Shown: positions 37,447-46,384 of the stretch, piece by piece | Layout: every line of letters begins with the position of its first letter | How positions within the stretch are numbered: the stretch's first letter is position 1 | DNA from: Thermoplasmata archaeon | GTDB lineage: Archaea; Thermoplasmatota; Thermoplasmata; Lutacidiplasmatales; UBA184 | NCBI GenBank assembly: GCA_021828195.1 | Contig: JAKASQ010000001.1 | Coordinates: forward strand, 532,335-596,334 | Direction: 5' to 3' | Length of the DNA stretch: 64,000 nt | Notes under the pieces: generated by a model | Seen by the model: only the letters and a program-made list of their open reading frames with translations | Databases searched by the model: none | Told to the model about the DNA's origin: nothing | Program-made: the position numbers and the translations under genes

Positions 37447-38667
37447 ATGGACATTGCCTTCTTCACCGATTCCTATCTCCCGACGCGCGACGGCGTCGCC
37501 GTGACCGTCGATGGGCTCGCGCGATCGCTCACTCGGCAGGGCCATCAGGTCCATGTCTACGCGCCGCACGCGGTCCGCGGCGTGCCGACCCGGGAGTCGG
37601 TGGAGGGGGGCGTCCGGGTCGTGCGTTTCCGTTCGGTACCGGTGCCGTTGTACCCCCAGTACTCCCAGCCCCTGTTCTCCTCCGTCCTTCCGCTCTGGGC
37701 GCGCTCGGCCGAGCGGGTGCTATCGCAAGCCGATGTCGTCCACGTTCACTCCCCGGGGTTCATCGGCAGCATCGGCTTCCTGCTGGCGCGCCATCTCCGC
37801 GCCCCGCTCGTCGGGACGTTCCATACCAACCTCGGCGCGATGCAGGACAGCGTTCCTTCGAAGTGGCTGATCCCCACGTTCTTCCGCCTCGCGTGGTGGT
37901 ACAACGTCGGCCTGTACTGGCGATGCAACATCACGACCGCACCGACCGAAGCGGCGCGCTCGGCGCTGCTCGCGCACGCCTCCAAGCCGTTCCGCCGGCC
38001 CGTCGAGGTCATCCCGAACGGCATCGATCTTGGCAACTTTCACCCCGGCCTGAGCGTGCCCGACTGGAGGACGCGTTGCGGCCTTCGGCCCCATCCCCTG
38101 GTCACCTACCTCGGTCGGCTGACGGTGGACAAGGGCGTCCACCGCTTCCTGGACGCGATCGCGAACGCCGCCGGTCTCACGGACATGGTGGCGATCGTCG
38201 GAGGGACCGGGCCCGAAGAGACGGCGGTGCGCGAGCGGATCGCGCGCGATGACCGTCTCTCCGGCCGGGTACGCTACGTCGGGCCGGTCGTGGAAGCCGA
38301 GAAAGGGGCGCTGCTCGCCCAATCGTCGATCTTCGTGCTTCCGTCGACGAGCGATACCGCGAGCATCGGGATGCTCGAGGCCATGGCCTGTGGCACCCCC
38401 TGCATCGGCCCCGATGTCGGCGGGCCGGCGGAGATCGTCCAGGACGGGGTCACGGGCCGGCGAGTCGCCGTTCAGGACCCCGCGGCGCTCGCGCGCGCGA
38501 TCGTCACCCTGGTCGATCGTCCCCAGGAGCGGCGTCGCATGGGAGAGAACGCCCGCGCGTTCGTTCGAACGACGGCCTCGATCGACGCGATGGCATCGCG
38601 CGTATCCGAGCTCTATCGGCGACTGATCGACCAAGGCGCCTCGCCAAGGCGGTCCGGGTCCGGCTAG
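37447..38667 (+). CDS. glycosyltransferase family 4
   Basis: Starts MDIAFFTDSYLPTRDGVA and has the GT4 C-terminal motif (...EAMACGTPCIGPDVGGPAEIV). 406 aa. Confidence 0.8.
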   Translation: MDIAFFTDSYLPTRDGVAVTVDGLARSLTRQGHQVHVYAPHAVRGVPTRESVEGGVRVVRFRSVPVPLYPQYSQPLFSSVLPLWARSAERVLSQADVVHVHSPGFIGSIGFLLARHLRAPLVGTFHTNLGAMQDSVPSKWLIPTFFRLAWWYNVGLYWRCNITTAPTEAARSALLAHASKPFRRPVEVIPNGIDLGNFHPGLSVPDWRTRCGLRPHPLVTYLGRLTVDKGVHRFLDAIANAAGLTDMVAIVGGTGPEETAVRERIARDDRLSGRVRYVGPVVEAEKGALLAQSSIFVLPSTSDTASIGMLEAMACGTPCIGPDVGGPAEIVQDGVTGRRVAVQDPAALARAIVTLVDRPQERRRMGENARAFVRTTASIDAMASRVSELYRRLIDQGASPRRSGSG

Positions 38668-38826
38668 CCCGTGGACGAGGCTCGGGAAGGGGCGGGCCTG
38701 TCGGGAGCTTCCGTCCCGGGCGGCCGTCGCCGCGGGACCTTTGAACCCGAGTTTGCTGGCTTAGAAGGCCAGTGCTTCATCCAAGCTAAGCTACAGGCCC
38801 GGAGGGTCGGTACGAGCCCTCGCCCC

Positions 38827-39399
38827 TTAATCCTTGGCTCGCGCTCGGCCGCTTCCGGCCGAGGCGATCAGGTGGGCGAGGCGCAACGGTTCCGGCCAAA
38901 AGCCCCGTACCGTGGTTCGCCGGATCAACGCGAGCGCGTCGACCCGGCGGCAGCCCACGACGCTCGCGAAGATCGGCCGCCCGGAAGTGGGCACCGGGAA
39001 CAGGCGATGGGCCGTGAGGAGTGCGTAGCGACGTCGCGCGTCCCGCGAGAACCACTTCACGAGGGCGGCCCGTATCCGTGCGAGGTCCGGGGCCCGGCGC
39101 GTCAGGCTGACGACCGGTAGGCGGAGCTCGCCCGCGAGTCGATCGAGATCGACCACGTTGAACCCTCCGAGTACGACCCCGTCCACGAGTACCGCCCGGA
39201 GATCCGCGAGGTGTCCGGTCCGGCGCACGAGCTCGACCGCGCGCTCGGTCGCGTCGCGGCCGTCGACCTCGACCGAGCCCACCTCGACCGCCTCGACATA
39301 CTCCGGAGCGGAGACCGTGACCGCGGCGATGGGAGCGCGACGATCCACGCGACGGAAGGCACCGTCATCGATGCCGACGACCCGGACATGCGGTTTCAC
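38827..39399 (-). CDS. DUF99/UPF0215 family protein (RNase H-like, endonuclease V-related fold)
   Basis: The GTG at 39399 gives VKPHVRVVGIDDGAF, the canonical UPF0215 N-terminus. 190 aa. Confidence 0.6.
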   Translation of the reverse strand: MKPHVRVVGIDDGAFRRVDRRAPIAAVTVSAPEYVEAVEVGSVEVDGRDATERAVELVRRTGHLADLRAVLVDGVVLGGFNVVDLDRLAGELRLPVVSLTRRAPDLARIRAALVKWFSRDARRRYALLTAHRLFPVPTSGRPIFASVVGCRRVDALALIRRTTVRGFWPEPLRLAHLIASAGSGRARAKD

Positions 39400-39447
39400 G
39401 AGCGCACGACGCAACGATATGACCCTGTGCGGGGTCGTTGCCGCCGG

Positions 39448-40365
39448 ATGTCGTCGGACGTGCTCCCGGTCCGGTGTCCGCACTGCGGCACGACCTTCGG
39501 TGTCCTCCCCGGCTTGGGTCCTGCGACGCAGTGGATTCCGTGCCCCCAATGTCGTACCCCGGTGCCGGTCGTGCTCCCGCGCGACCCTCCGCCCCTCTTC
39601 AGCTGGGAGATCTACCCCGGTCTATATCCCCGCTACATTCCCCCGCGGCCGCCCCGGGTGCGTCGCCGGCCGGCCACAATCTACGTCCTCTTCGCGTCGC
39701 TCGTGATCTGCGCAGGGCTCGTCGGCGCGTTCGGCTACATCGCGGTCCTCGCTCAACAGCCGTCGACCTACACCGTGAGCGGAACGGTCATCGCTCCGAA
39801 CGGCCTGCCGCTCGCAGGGGCTCAGGTCGAACTGACGACAGAGGCAGACCAGTCCTCGAGCGTCACGACGGGACCCGCGGGGACGTTCTCCTTTGCGAAC
39901 GTGCCGGTCGGCGGAATCCTCGTCAATACGACGAAGGCCGGCTACGCCTACACCGCGGTCTACCTCTTCCTCTCGACGGTGTACGTATCGGGGGGATCGT
40001 CGACCGGGATCTCCCTGACCCTGAATCCCGCTCCGGCGAACAGCACCACGATCTACGTCACGCCGTTCCCGACGCTCGAGTCGTTCGTGGCGGACCTGGG
40101 GGCGGCCGCAGGATTGCTCGCCCTGGTCGCAATCGTCGATGGGTTCGCGATACTTCGCACGCGTCGATCCTCGCGCCCGATCTTCGGCGTCGCGGCCGGG
40201 CTCGGATCGCTCCTCGCCCCTCTACCCATCGCGCTCCTCAGCATCGAGGTGGCCGCGCCGATCCCGTCCCTGATGACGATCCCGGTGGCTGTGCTCGGCG
40301 GCTTCGCCGCCGGGATCGGGCTGGTCGAGATGGCCCTCGCCGGACAGCCTTCGGAGGCGGCCTAG
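39448..40365 (+). CDS. membrane protein with N-terminal zinc ribbon and carboxypeptidase-regulatory-like (CarbopepD_reg/Ig-like) domain
   Basis: Internal ATG at 39448. Zinc ribbon CPHCGTTF...CPQC, then a TM helix, then YTVSGTVIAPNGLPLAGAQVELT...GPAGTFSFANVPVG, then 2-3 C-terminal TM helices. 305 aa. Confidence 0.55.
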   Translation: MSSDVLPVRCPHCGTTFGVLPGLGPATQWIPCPQCRTPVPVVLPRDPPPLFSWEIYPGLYPRYIPPRPPRVRRRPATIYVLFASLVICAGLVGAFGYIAVLAQQPSTYTVSGTVIAPNGLPLAGAQVELTTEADQSSSVTTGPAGTFSFANVPVGGILVNTTKAGYAYTAVYLFLSTVYVSGGSSTGISLTLNPAPANSTTIYVTPFPTLESFVADLGAAAGLLALVAIVDGFAILRTRRSSRPIFGVAAGLGSLLAPLPIALLSIEVAAPIPSLMTIPVAVLGGFAAGIGLVEMALAGQPSEAA

Positions 40366-40856
40366 TGCGAACCCCGCGGGTCCACCGTCGCGCGCCGCGC
40401 GTTCTTCTCGATCGGGCGTCGGGTCCGATAGCCCCCCGAGAGCGGGTGGTAGTACGCCACCCGGTCCTCCCCGCGCTGCCAACATAGGAACACGAGCTCC
40501 CCGTCGACCGTACCATAGAAGTCAATCAGGCCGCTGTCGAGGTCCTTGATCTCGATCCCTTCCTCGCGCAAGGCCCCGACCCGGTCTTCGATGCGCTGCG
40601 TGAGCCGACGCCATTCCTGGTCCAAGCGGTCCTTGTGCTCGCGATCGGGCAGGTCCGCTGAATCGATCTCCGACCCCCAGAATGACGCGAGCCGGTGGAC
40701 CTCCTCGTGCACCGCGCGCAGGCGGTCGACCATGACCCGGAGCTGAGGCAGCACCTCGTCGAGCTGGGGCAGGTGAGCATTGGCTTGCTCGACCGTCCAC
40801 CGCCGAGCGATGGCCGGACGCGGCTCGGGAGTTTCGCGCGCCATGGTTCCTCTCAT
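40362..40856 (-). CDS. DUF2203 family protein
   Basis: Contains ...EGIEIKDLDSGLIDFYGTVDGELVFLCWQRGEDRVAYYHPLSGGYRTRRPI. The start is at 40856 or 40844. The stop overlaps the stop of the convergent membrane-protein gene. Confidence 0.5.
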   Translation of the reverse strand: MRGTMARETPEPRPAIARRWTVEQANAHLPQLDEVLPQLRVMVDRLRAVHEEVHRLASFWGSEIDSADLPDREHKDRLDQEWRRLTQRIEDRVGALREEGIEIKDLDSGLIDFYGTVDGELVFLCWQRGEDRVAYYHPLSGGYRTRRPIEKNARRATVDPRGSH

Positions 40857-40896
40857 CCTACGATGCGACTGCCGGTATTTACGCCTGTGACATCCT

Positions 40897-40916
40897 CCAC
40901 CGAACGAGTTCGGTGG
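40897..40916. repeat. perfect 20-nt palindrome CCACCGAAC-GA-GTTCGGTGG, the right-end subterminal hairpin of the IS element
   Basis: Read directly from the sequence. It lies 14 nt 3' of the tnpB stop on the minus strand. Confidence 0.6.
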
Positions 40917-40929
40917 CTTCCTCCGGGAC

Positions 40930-42159
40930 TCAAGTTGCTACCCCCGTGCCCCGTGGCGGTTCCTGCCTCCTCGACCGGACTCGCCGCCCCTTGCGGTGCG
41001 GTGGAGGTCCAATCTCCACAGGCGTGGATTCCCCGGTGCCCCCGGGTACTGCCCGAAGAGCGCGCGCGAGGACGTTCCTCGCCGCGTTCAGGTCTCGATC
41101 CATTACGAGGCCGCACCGACACTCATACGTGCGGTCCGGGAGCGTGAGCGGAGGGTCGTGGAGACGGCCACAGGCCGAGCAGCTCTGCGTCGTGTTCTTC
41201 GTGGGAACTTCCACGTATCTCCCGGAGCGCCGGGCCTCCTTGTACTGGGACATCTGTCGGAGCATCCCCCATCCGGCATCGGCGGTGGACTTCGGGAAGG
41301 CCCCCTCCATGTGGCTGCGCAGGTCCATGTCCTCGAAGGCGATCAGGTCGTGGGACTTCGCCCACCCCGTCGTGAGCTTGTGAGCAACGTCCCGCCGCTG
41401 GTCTCGCACCTTCGCGTGACATCGGGCGAGCCGCACCTTCGCCTTCTCCCGATTGTGCGAACCCCTCTTTCTCCGGGAGACGACCCGCTGGGCGCGAGTG
41501 AGGCGGTCCTCGGCCCGTCGCAGGAACTTCGGGGGATCCACCACCTCTCCGGTCGAGAGGGTGGCGAGGTGGGAGAGACCGAGGTCCACCCCGACCGGGG
41601 AGACGGGCGGCGTCACCGGTGGGAGAGATGGGTCCGGGACCTCCAAGGTGAGCACAGCGAACCAACGGTCGCCCTCCCGCTGGATGGTACAGGTCTTGAC
41701 CCGACCCTCGGGGGGAGCGCGATGGACTTTGATGGGGATCTCTCCGATCATCGATAGCCGAAGTCGCCGGGTCCCGTTGCGGCTCGGAACGATGGCCGCC
41801 GAGCCGTTAGAGTCCGGGTAGCAGAGCGATGTGACCTCGCGCTTGAACCGCGGGAACCCGGGCCGTCCGCCCTCTTTCACCCGCCGGAAGAAGTGCCCGA
41901 AGGCGTCACCGAGCCGGGCGAGGGACTCCTGCGCCACGTGGCCGTAGACGCGCCCGATGCCCTCCTTGTCGTAGGCTCTCCATCGGGCGAGGTCCCGACA
42001 CTGGCCCACATACGAGATCGAACGCGCTTTCTTCCGCCATGCCTCCTGCCGATGTTCGAGAGCGTAGTTCCACAAGAACCGCAACTCCTCCAGTTGACGG
42101 AGGAGTTCCCTCTCCTGATTCGGAAACGGGTAGAGGCGGTACTTGGTCGGTTGATACAT
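40930..42159 (-). CDS. tnpB: IS200/IS605-family transposase accessory protein TnpB (OrfB_IS605, RuvC-like RNA-guided nuclease)
   Basis: Internal ATG at 42159: MYQPTKYRLYPFPNQEREL. RuvC motifs are present (GVDLGLSHLATLSTGE; ...IAFEDMDLRS...). C-terminal zinc ribbon CSACGRLHD...YECRCG. 409 aa. Confidence 0.85.
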   Translation of the reverse strand: MYQPTKYRLYPFPNQERELLRQLEELRFLWNYALEHRQEAWRKKARSISYVGQCRDLARWRAYDKEGIGRVYGHVAQESLARLGDAFGHFFRRVKEGGRPGFPRFKREVTSLCYPDSNGSAAIVPSRNGTRRLRLSMIGEIPIKVHRAPPEGRVKTCTIQREGDRWFAVLTLEVPDPSLPPVTPPVSPVGVDLGLSHLATLSTGEVVDPPKFLRRAEDRLTRAQRVVSRRKRGSHNREKAKVRLARCHAKVRDQRRDVAHKLTTGWAKSHDLIAFEDMDLRSHMEGAFPKSTADAGWGMLRQMSQYKEARRSGRYVEVPTKNTTQSCSACGRLHDPPLTLPDRTYECRCGLVMDRDLNAARNVLARALRAVPGGTGESTPVEIGPPPHRKGRRVRSRRQEPPRGTGVAT

Positions 42160-42209
42160 CGAGGGTAGCGGTGGCCGTACTGTACCGGATCGCATAAGGG
42201 GCTCGCTAA

Positions 42210-42229
42210 CCCCCCAACAAGTTGGGGGG
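42210..42229. repeat. perfect 20-nt palindrome CCCCCCAAC-AA-GTTGGGGGG, the candidate left-end hairpin of the IS element or the ilvA terminator
   Basis: Read directly from the sequence. It lies about 50 nt upstream of the tnpB ATG and about 90 nt downstream of the ilvA stop. Confidence 0.5.
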
Positions 42230-42319
42230 CTTGCGCTCGCCGGCATCGTCAATCGCACACCCTTCCGATGGTGACCTCGGGATGAACGGCCCCGAGCGCC
42301 CGGCCGGACGTAGAGACGT

Positions 42320-43552
42320 TCACGGGGCGTGGATCGAGAGTCGCTCGACCGGCCAGTGGGCGCCCCGGTACGCGCGCTCAACCTCGAGGCCGTGCGCTCC
42401 GTCCCGTACCTCGAGTTCGATCTCGACGGTCACCCGGCCCGGCGGTAGGTCGGGCGACTCGCGCTCGTGGTTAAGATGGCGGACGTTGGCGCCGGAGTCG
42501 GCGGCGATCTTCAAGAACGCTGCGAGCTGGCCGGGAACGTCGCGCATGGTGGAGCGCAGCCGAAGCAGCCGGCCCTCCGCGGCGAGCCCGATGAAGAGCA
42601 CGTGATCGAGCACGAACGGATCGAGGTTACCCCCGCTGACGACGACGACCACGGGACCGTCGCGCGCGAGCTCGGGGTGCTCAAGGAGTCCGGCGGTCGC
42701 GGCCGCCCCGGCGCCTTCGGCGAGCACCTTCGCGAGCTCGAGGAGCAGGAACGAAGCTCGCGCAATCGCACGATCGTCGACCACGAAGGCTCGTGCGTGC
42801 ACCGCACGGAGGATCTCGAGCGGCAACTGACCGATGCGGCGTGTCGCGAGCCCGTCGGCGAAGGTGTTCGGAGTCGCTCCCTCGACGACCTTGCCCGCGG
42901 CGAGCGACGCCCGCAGCGTGTCCGCGCCGGTCGATTGGATCCCGATCACCTCGGCCGAACTGTCCTGCGCGTGAAGGCCGGCCGCGATTCCCGACAGAAG
43001 GCCCCCGCCCCCCACCCCCGCGATCACCCGGCGCACCGTCGGTAGGTCCTCGAGGATCTCGAGGCCGACTGTGCCTTGGCCGGAGATGACGTCGGGATCG
43101 TCGTAGGGATGCACGTACGTCAGCCGCTCTCGGGCGGCGAGCCGGAGGGCGTACTCGTGCGCTTCATCGTAGTTCGCGCCGTGTAGCAAGACCCGCGCCC
43201 CCAGCGACCGGGTCCGGGTGATCTTGAGCGGGGACGCGGTCTCGGGCATCACGATCGTCGCGGGGATTCCCCGCTCGCGGGCCGCCCAGGCCACACCTTG
43301 TGCATGGTTACCCGCCGAGGCCGCGGCGACGCCCCGACGAGCGTCGTCCTCGGGGATCTGCGCGATCCGGTTGATGGCCCCTCGGATCTTGAAGGCGCCG
43401 GTCGCCTGGAAGTTTTCGAGCTTGAGATACACCGCGGCGTCGCCGAGCCCAGGAAGCGGAGGGGCTCGTACGAGCGGAGTCCGGACGATGTGCCCGCGCA
43501 GCCGGGCGGCCGCGGCGAGGACATCGACGGGGCGTCCCGCGTCTCCCAACAC
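42320..43552 (-). CDS. ilvA: threonine dehydratase (PLP-dependent, with C-terminal ACT domain)
   Basis: Contains ...VYLKLENFQATGAFKIRGA... and a C-terminal ACT domain. The GTG start at 43552 is chosen from N-terminal conservation. The track ORF extends to the ATG at 43768, adding 72 aa. Confidence 0.8.
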   Translation of the reverse strand: MLGDAGRPVDVLAAAARLRGHIVRTPLVRAPPLPGLGDAAVYLKLENFQATGAFKIRGAINRIAQIPEDDARRGVAAASAGNHAQGVAWAARERGIPATIVMPETASPLKITRTRSLGARVLLHGANYDEAHEYALRLAARERLTYVHPYDDPDVISGQGTVGLEILEDLPTVRRVIAGVGGGGLLSGIAAGLHAQDSSAEVIGIQSTGADTLRASLAAGKVVEGATPNTFADGLATRRIGQLPLEILRAVHARAFVVDDRAIARASFLLLELAKVLAEGAGAAATAGLLEHPELARDGPVVVVVSGGNLDPFVLDHVLFIGLAAEGRLLRLRSTMRDVPGQLAAFLKIAADSGANVRHLNHERESPDLPPGRVTVEIELEVRDGAHGLEVERAYRGAHWPVERLSIHAP

Positions 43553-44226
43553 GATCGGCGAGTTCCCCACGTCGCACCGATTCGGCCGCGGACCATAATG
43601 GTTGAGGCTCGTCCGGCTCCGAATCCGGCGCCGCGCGGGGGTCGGAATCCGGTCGGGGCGGTGAAGAGCCTCCGTTGGTCTCGCGAGGTAAACCGCCGCA
43701 ATTGGGTCGAGACTCTCAACGACCTTCGGGCCGATTCCAGGGGGTGGTCCCAGCTCGATCGCCGGCATCGTCGCGCGTGGATGGATACTTCGAGCGGCTC
43801 CCTCCCAAGTTCCGGGCTGCCATCCCAGAGTAGTGCCGAACGGTCCGATCCGTGGCTCCGGACGTCGAGGAGGTCCTCCGCTACCAGATCCCGGCGTTCC
43901 GTCCGAACTGTAGGCCGATCCATTTCGCGGCGTTCCAGGACGACGGTAGCTTCTTTGCGGGAAGCGTTCGCGTCCAACGGGGATTCTTGGCCGAGCCGCA
44001 CCGGTTTAGGAGCGGGACAGGCACCCGCCACTTCACTTCGGGGCGCCCCCGGCCCGCGGATCTACTCACGCACATCGTGAGGCATGCGTGGCCGAGAACG
44101 TGGCCCGAAGGGCTCGGTGATTCCGCCGTGCACGCTCGGACGGACAACGCTCCGGCACGATGGTTCGGTCCATCCCGGCAAAAATTCGATTCTCTCTCGG
44201 AAGAAATCGCGATTTCGGATAAGGCG

Positions 44227-44234
44227 TTATATAG
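44227..44234 (+). promoter_or_regulatory. TATA box TTATATAG of the r-protein operon
   Basis: Lies about 50 nt upstream of the rpl3 ATG at 44284. The identical octamer precedes secY. Confidence 0.55.
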
Positions 44235-44283
44235 GGTACCTTTCTCCCCCGTCCCCACCGGAGGCAGGACCCCCTATCGACCT

Positions 44284-45288
44284 ATGGCCCGACGTCATAA
44301 ACCACGCCGAGGGTCTCTTGGCTTTTCACCCCGCAAACGCTCCGCTCGAGCGCTCCCCCGAATCCGCTCCTGGGCCCTCGCTCCCACGAAGGCTCCGGCG
44401 ATCGAAGGGTTTGCCGGATTCAAGGTGGGCATGACCCATGCATTCCTCGTAGACTATCGAAAGCGATCCACCACCGCCGGCCAGGAGCTGTCCGTCCCGG
44501 TCACGGTCGTGGAGGTACCTCCCATGCGAGCGGTCGGGGCCCGCATCTACGCACGGAACCCGTACGGTAAGCGGGTCGTCGCCGAGGTATGGGGAGAGAA
44601 CCCGGTCCAGGAGATCGGCCGGCGGATCTCCCCCCACCCACCGAGCTCGACCGAAGCCCGCCTCACGTTCGAGCACGCTGCGGGCGAGGACGTCCGCCTG
44701 ATCGTCCACACGCAGCCCCACCTCATCACGGGGGTTTCATCGAAGACCCCGGAGATTTTCGAGGTCCGCGTCGCGGGGGACCAGTTCGAGGACCGTCGCG
44801 CCTTCGCGCTCACCGCCGTGGGGACCGAGGTTTCGGTCGACCAGCTGACGGCCGAGGGTCAGTTCTTGGATGTCATCGGGGTGACCAAGGGCTTCGGTTT
44901 CCAGGGCCATATTCAGCGCTGGGGAGTCAAGCTCCAGCCTCGCAAGAATTCCAAACACCGCCGAATGATCGGGACCCTCGGTCCGCACAATCCCAGCTTC
45001 GTCACCTATAGGGTTCCTCAAGCCGGGCAAACCGGGTACCACCGCCGTACCCAGCTCAACATGCGGGTCCTCAAGGTCGTCCGGGATCCTCGGACGGACC
45101 CGATCACCCCCGCCGGCGGCTTCCCTCACTACGGCGAGGTCCGCAGCGCGTGTATCGTCCTCCATGGGTCGCTACCGGGCCCGGCGAAGCGCCTCCTGCG
45201 CTTCCGGACCCCGATGCGGGCCCGCGTCAGCACGGTCGAGAAGGTCGACCTCCGCTACTTCAGTACCCGGTCGAAGCAGGGCGCATGA
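44284..45288 (+). CDS. rpl3: 50S ribosomal protein L3
   Basis: Starts MARRHKPRRGSLGFSPRKRS. 334 aa. Confidence 0.9.
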   Translation: MARRHKPRRGSLGFSPRKRSARALPRIRSWALAPTKAPAIEGFAGFKVGMTHAFLVDYRKRSTTAGQELSVPVTVVEVPPMRAVGARIYARNPYGKRVVAEVWGENPVQEIGRRISPHPPSSTEARLTFEHAAGEDVRLIVHTQPHLITGVSSKTPEIFEVRVAGDQFEDRRAFALTAVGTEVSVDQLTAEGQFLDVIGVTKGFGFQGHIQRWGVKLQPRKNSKHRRMIGTLGPHNPSFVTYRVPQAGQTGYHRRTQLNMRVLKVVRDPRTDPITPAGGFPHYGEVRSACIVLHGSLPGPAKRLLRFRTPMRARVSTVEKVDLRYFSTRSKQGA

Positions 45289-46124
45289 CGGCTCCCGAGC
45301 CGCCGGTGCGCTCCCCGGCTCCCTCCGCGCCTCATGTTCCCCAGCATCGGGTCCACCTGCTCAGACTAGACGGCACTCCTAAGGAGAAGGCGACGGTCCA
45401 CCTCCCGCTCGCCTTCTCGGTCCCGGTTCGGGTCGATCTGATTCGCCGCGCCGTGCTCGCAGCCCGATCCCACCGGCGCCAGCCGTACGGGACGGGACTC
45501 ACCTCGGGCCGGCGGCACTCGGTGCGTTGGTCGGGCAAAGGCAAGGGGGTTTCGCGCTCCCCTCGACTCATGGATTCGATGACGGGGGCGCAGGCGCCGA
45601 ACACCGTCGGGGGCGGCCGCGCTCACCCCCCCAAGGTCGAACGGATCTGGGCCCAGAAGATCAACGTCAAGGAGGGCAAGCTCGCGTTCGCGTCCGCGCT
45701 CGCCGCCACCCGGGTCGTCCCGCTCGCCGAAGCTCGGGGCCACACCGTCCCGAAGGACACCCACCTCCCGTTCGTCCTCGAGGACCCGGTCGAGGAGATC
45801 ATGACCGCGGCCGCCGCACGCGACGTGTTGGAGAAGCTGCATCTGTGGGACGACATTGAGCGCGCACGGGATCACTCCCATCTTCGCGCGGGGCGCGGCA
45901 AGCTCCGCGGGCGCGTCCGCCGGACCCCCCGCAGCGTCCTTGTGGTCACAAGCGGCCCGGACCGGGCCCGCGGCTTCCGCAACCTCGCGGGCGTCGAGGT
46001 CGTCTCGGTCCACCAACTCGCGACGGAGGACCTCGCTCCGGGCGGTGATCCGGGCCGGATGACGCTCTTCTCTCACGCGGCGCTCGAGGGGCTCCGCGCT
46101 CGACTCGGGGAAGTGGCCGCATGA
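45285..46124 (+). CDS. rpl4: 50S ribosomal protein L4 (L1e)
   Basis: ATGA overlap with rpl3. Contains ...VHLLRLDGTPKEKATVHLP... Confidence 0.85.
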   Translation: MTAPEPPVRSPAPSAPHVPQHRVHLLRLDGTPKEKATVHLPLAFSVPVRVDLIRRAVLAARSHRRQPYGTGLTSGRRHSVRWSGKGKGVSRSPRLMDSMTGAQAPNTVGGGRAHPPKVERIWAQKINVKEGKLAFASALAATRVVPLAEARGHTVPKDTHLPFVLEDPVEEIMTAAAARDVLEKLHLWDDIERARDHSHLRAGRGKLRGRVRRTPRSVLVVTSGPDRARGFRNLAGVEVVSVHQLATEDLAPGGDPGRMTLFSHAALEGLRARLGEVAA

Positions 46125-46384
46125 GCGATCTGCGCCACCGCATCCTGCTGCACGCCTACGTGACCGAAAAGTCGATGGACGAGATGGAACGCCAGAACAA
46201 GCTCGAGTTCAAGGTCGACCAGCGCGCCACGCGCGCCGAGGTCAAGCGCGCGGTCGAGCAAATCTACCAGTGCAAGGTGGCCAAGGTCAACGTCAAGATT
46301 GTGAAAGCTGGCAAGATCGCCACCGTCCGGTTCAAGAAGGAGTACTCGGCGGAGGATATCGGCAGCCGAGCGGGAGTGTTCTGA
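46121..46384 (+). CDS. rpl23: 50S ribosomal protein L23
   Basis: 87 aa. Contains ...ILLHAYVTEKSM... Confidence 0.9.
   Translation: MSDLRHRILLHAYVTEKSMDEMERQNKLEFKVDQRATRAEVKRAVEQIYQCKVAKVNVKIVKAGKIATVRFKKEYSAEDIGSRAGVF

Larger units (their letters stand above)
40860..42260 (-). mobile_element. IS200/IS605-family, IS1341-type (tnpB-only) insertion sequence, about 1.4 kb
   Basis: tnpB sits without tnpA and is flanked by palindromic hairpins (left end 42210-42229, right end 40897-40916). The boundaries are approximate. Confidence 0.55.

Noticed and set aside
38668-38826. tRNA-like or sRNA-like sequence (GGGACCUUUGAACCC...) between the convergent GT4 and DUF99 genes.
   Set aside because: No acceptor, D or anticodon arms can be built. 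It is more likely an ordinary convergent terminator region.
38671-39120. 149-aa plus-strand ORF.
   Set aside because: It is antisense to the DUF99 gene, low in complexity and without recognisable similarity.
42320-43768. Longer 482-aa version of ilvA starting at the ATG at 43768.
   Set aside because: The extra 72 aa are Pro/Arg-rich and unconserved. Threonine dehydratase conservation begins right after the GTG at 43552, which has GGGGA nine nt upstream. I kept it only as an alternative.
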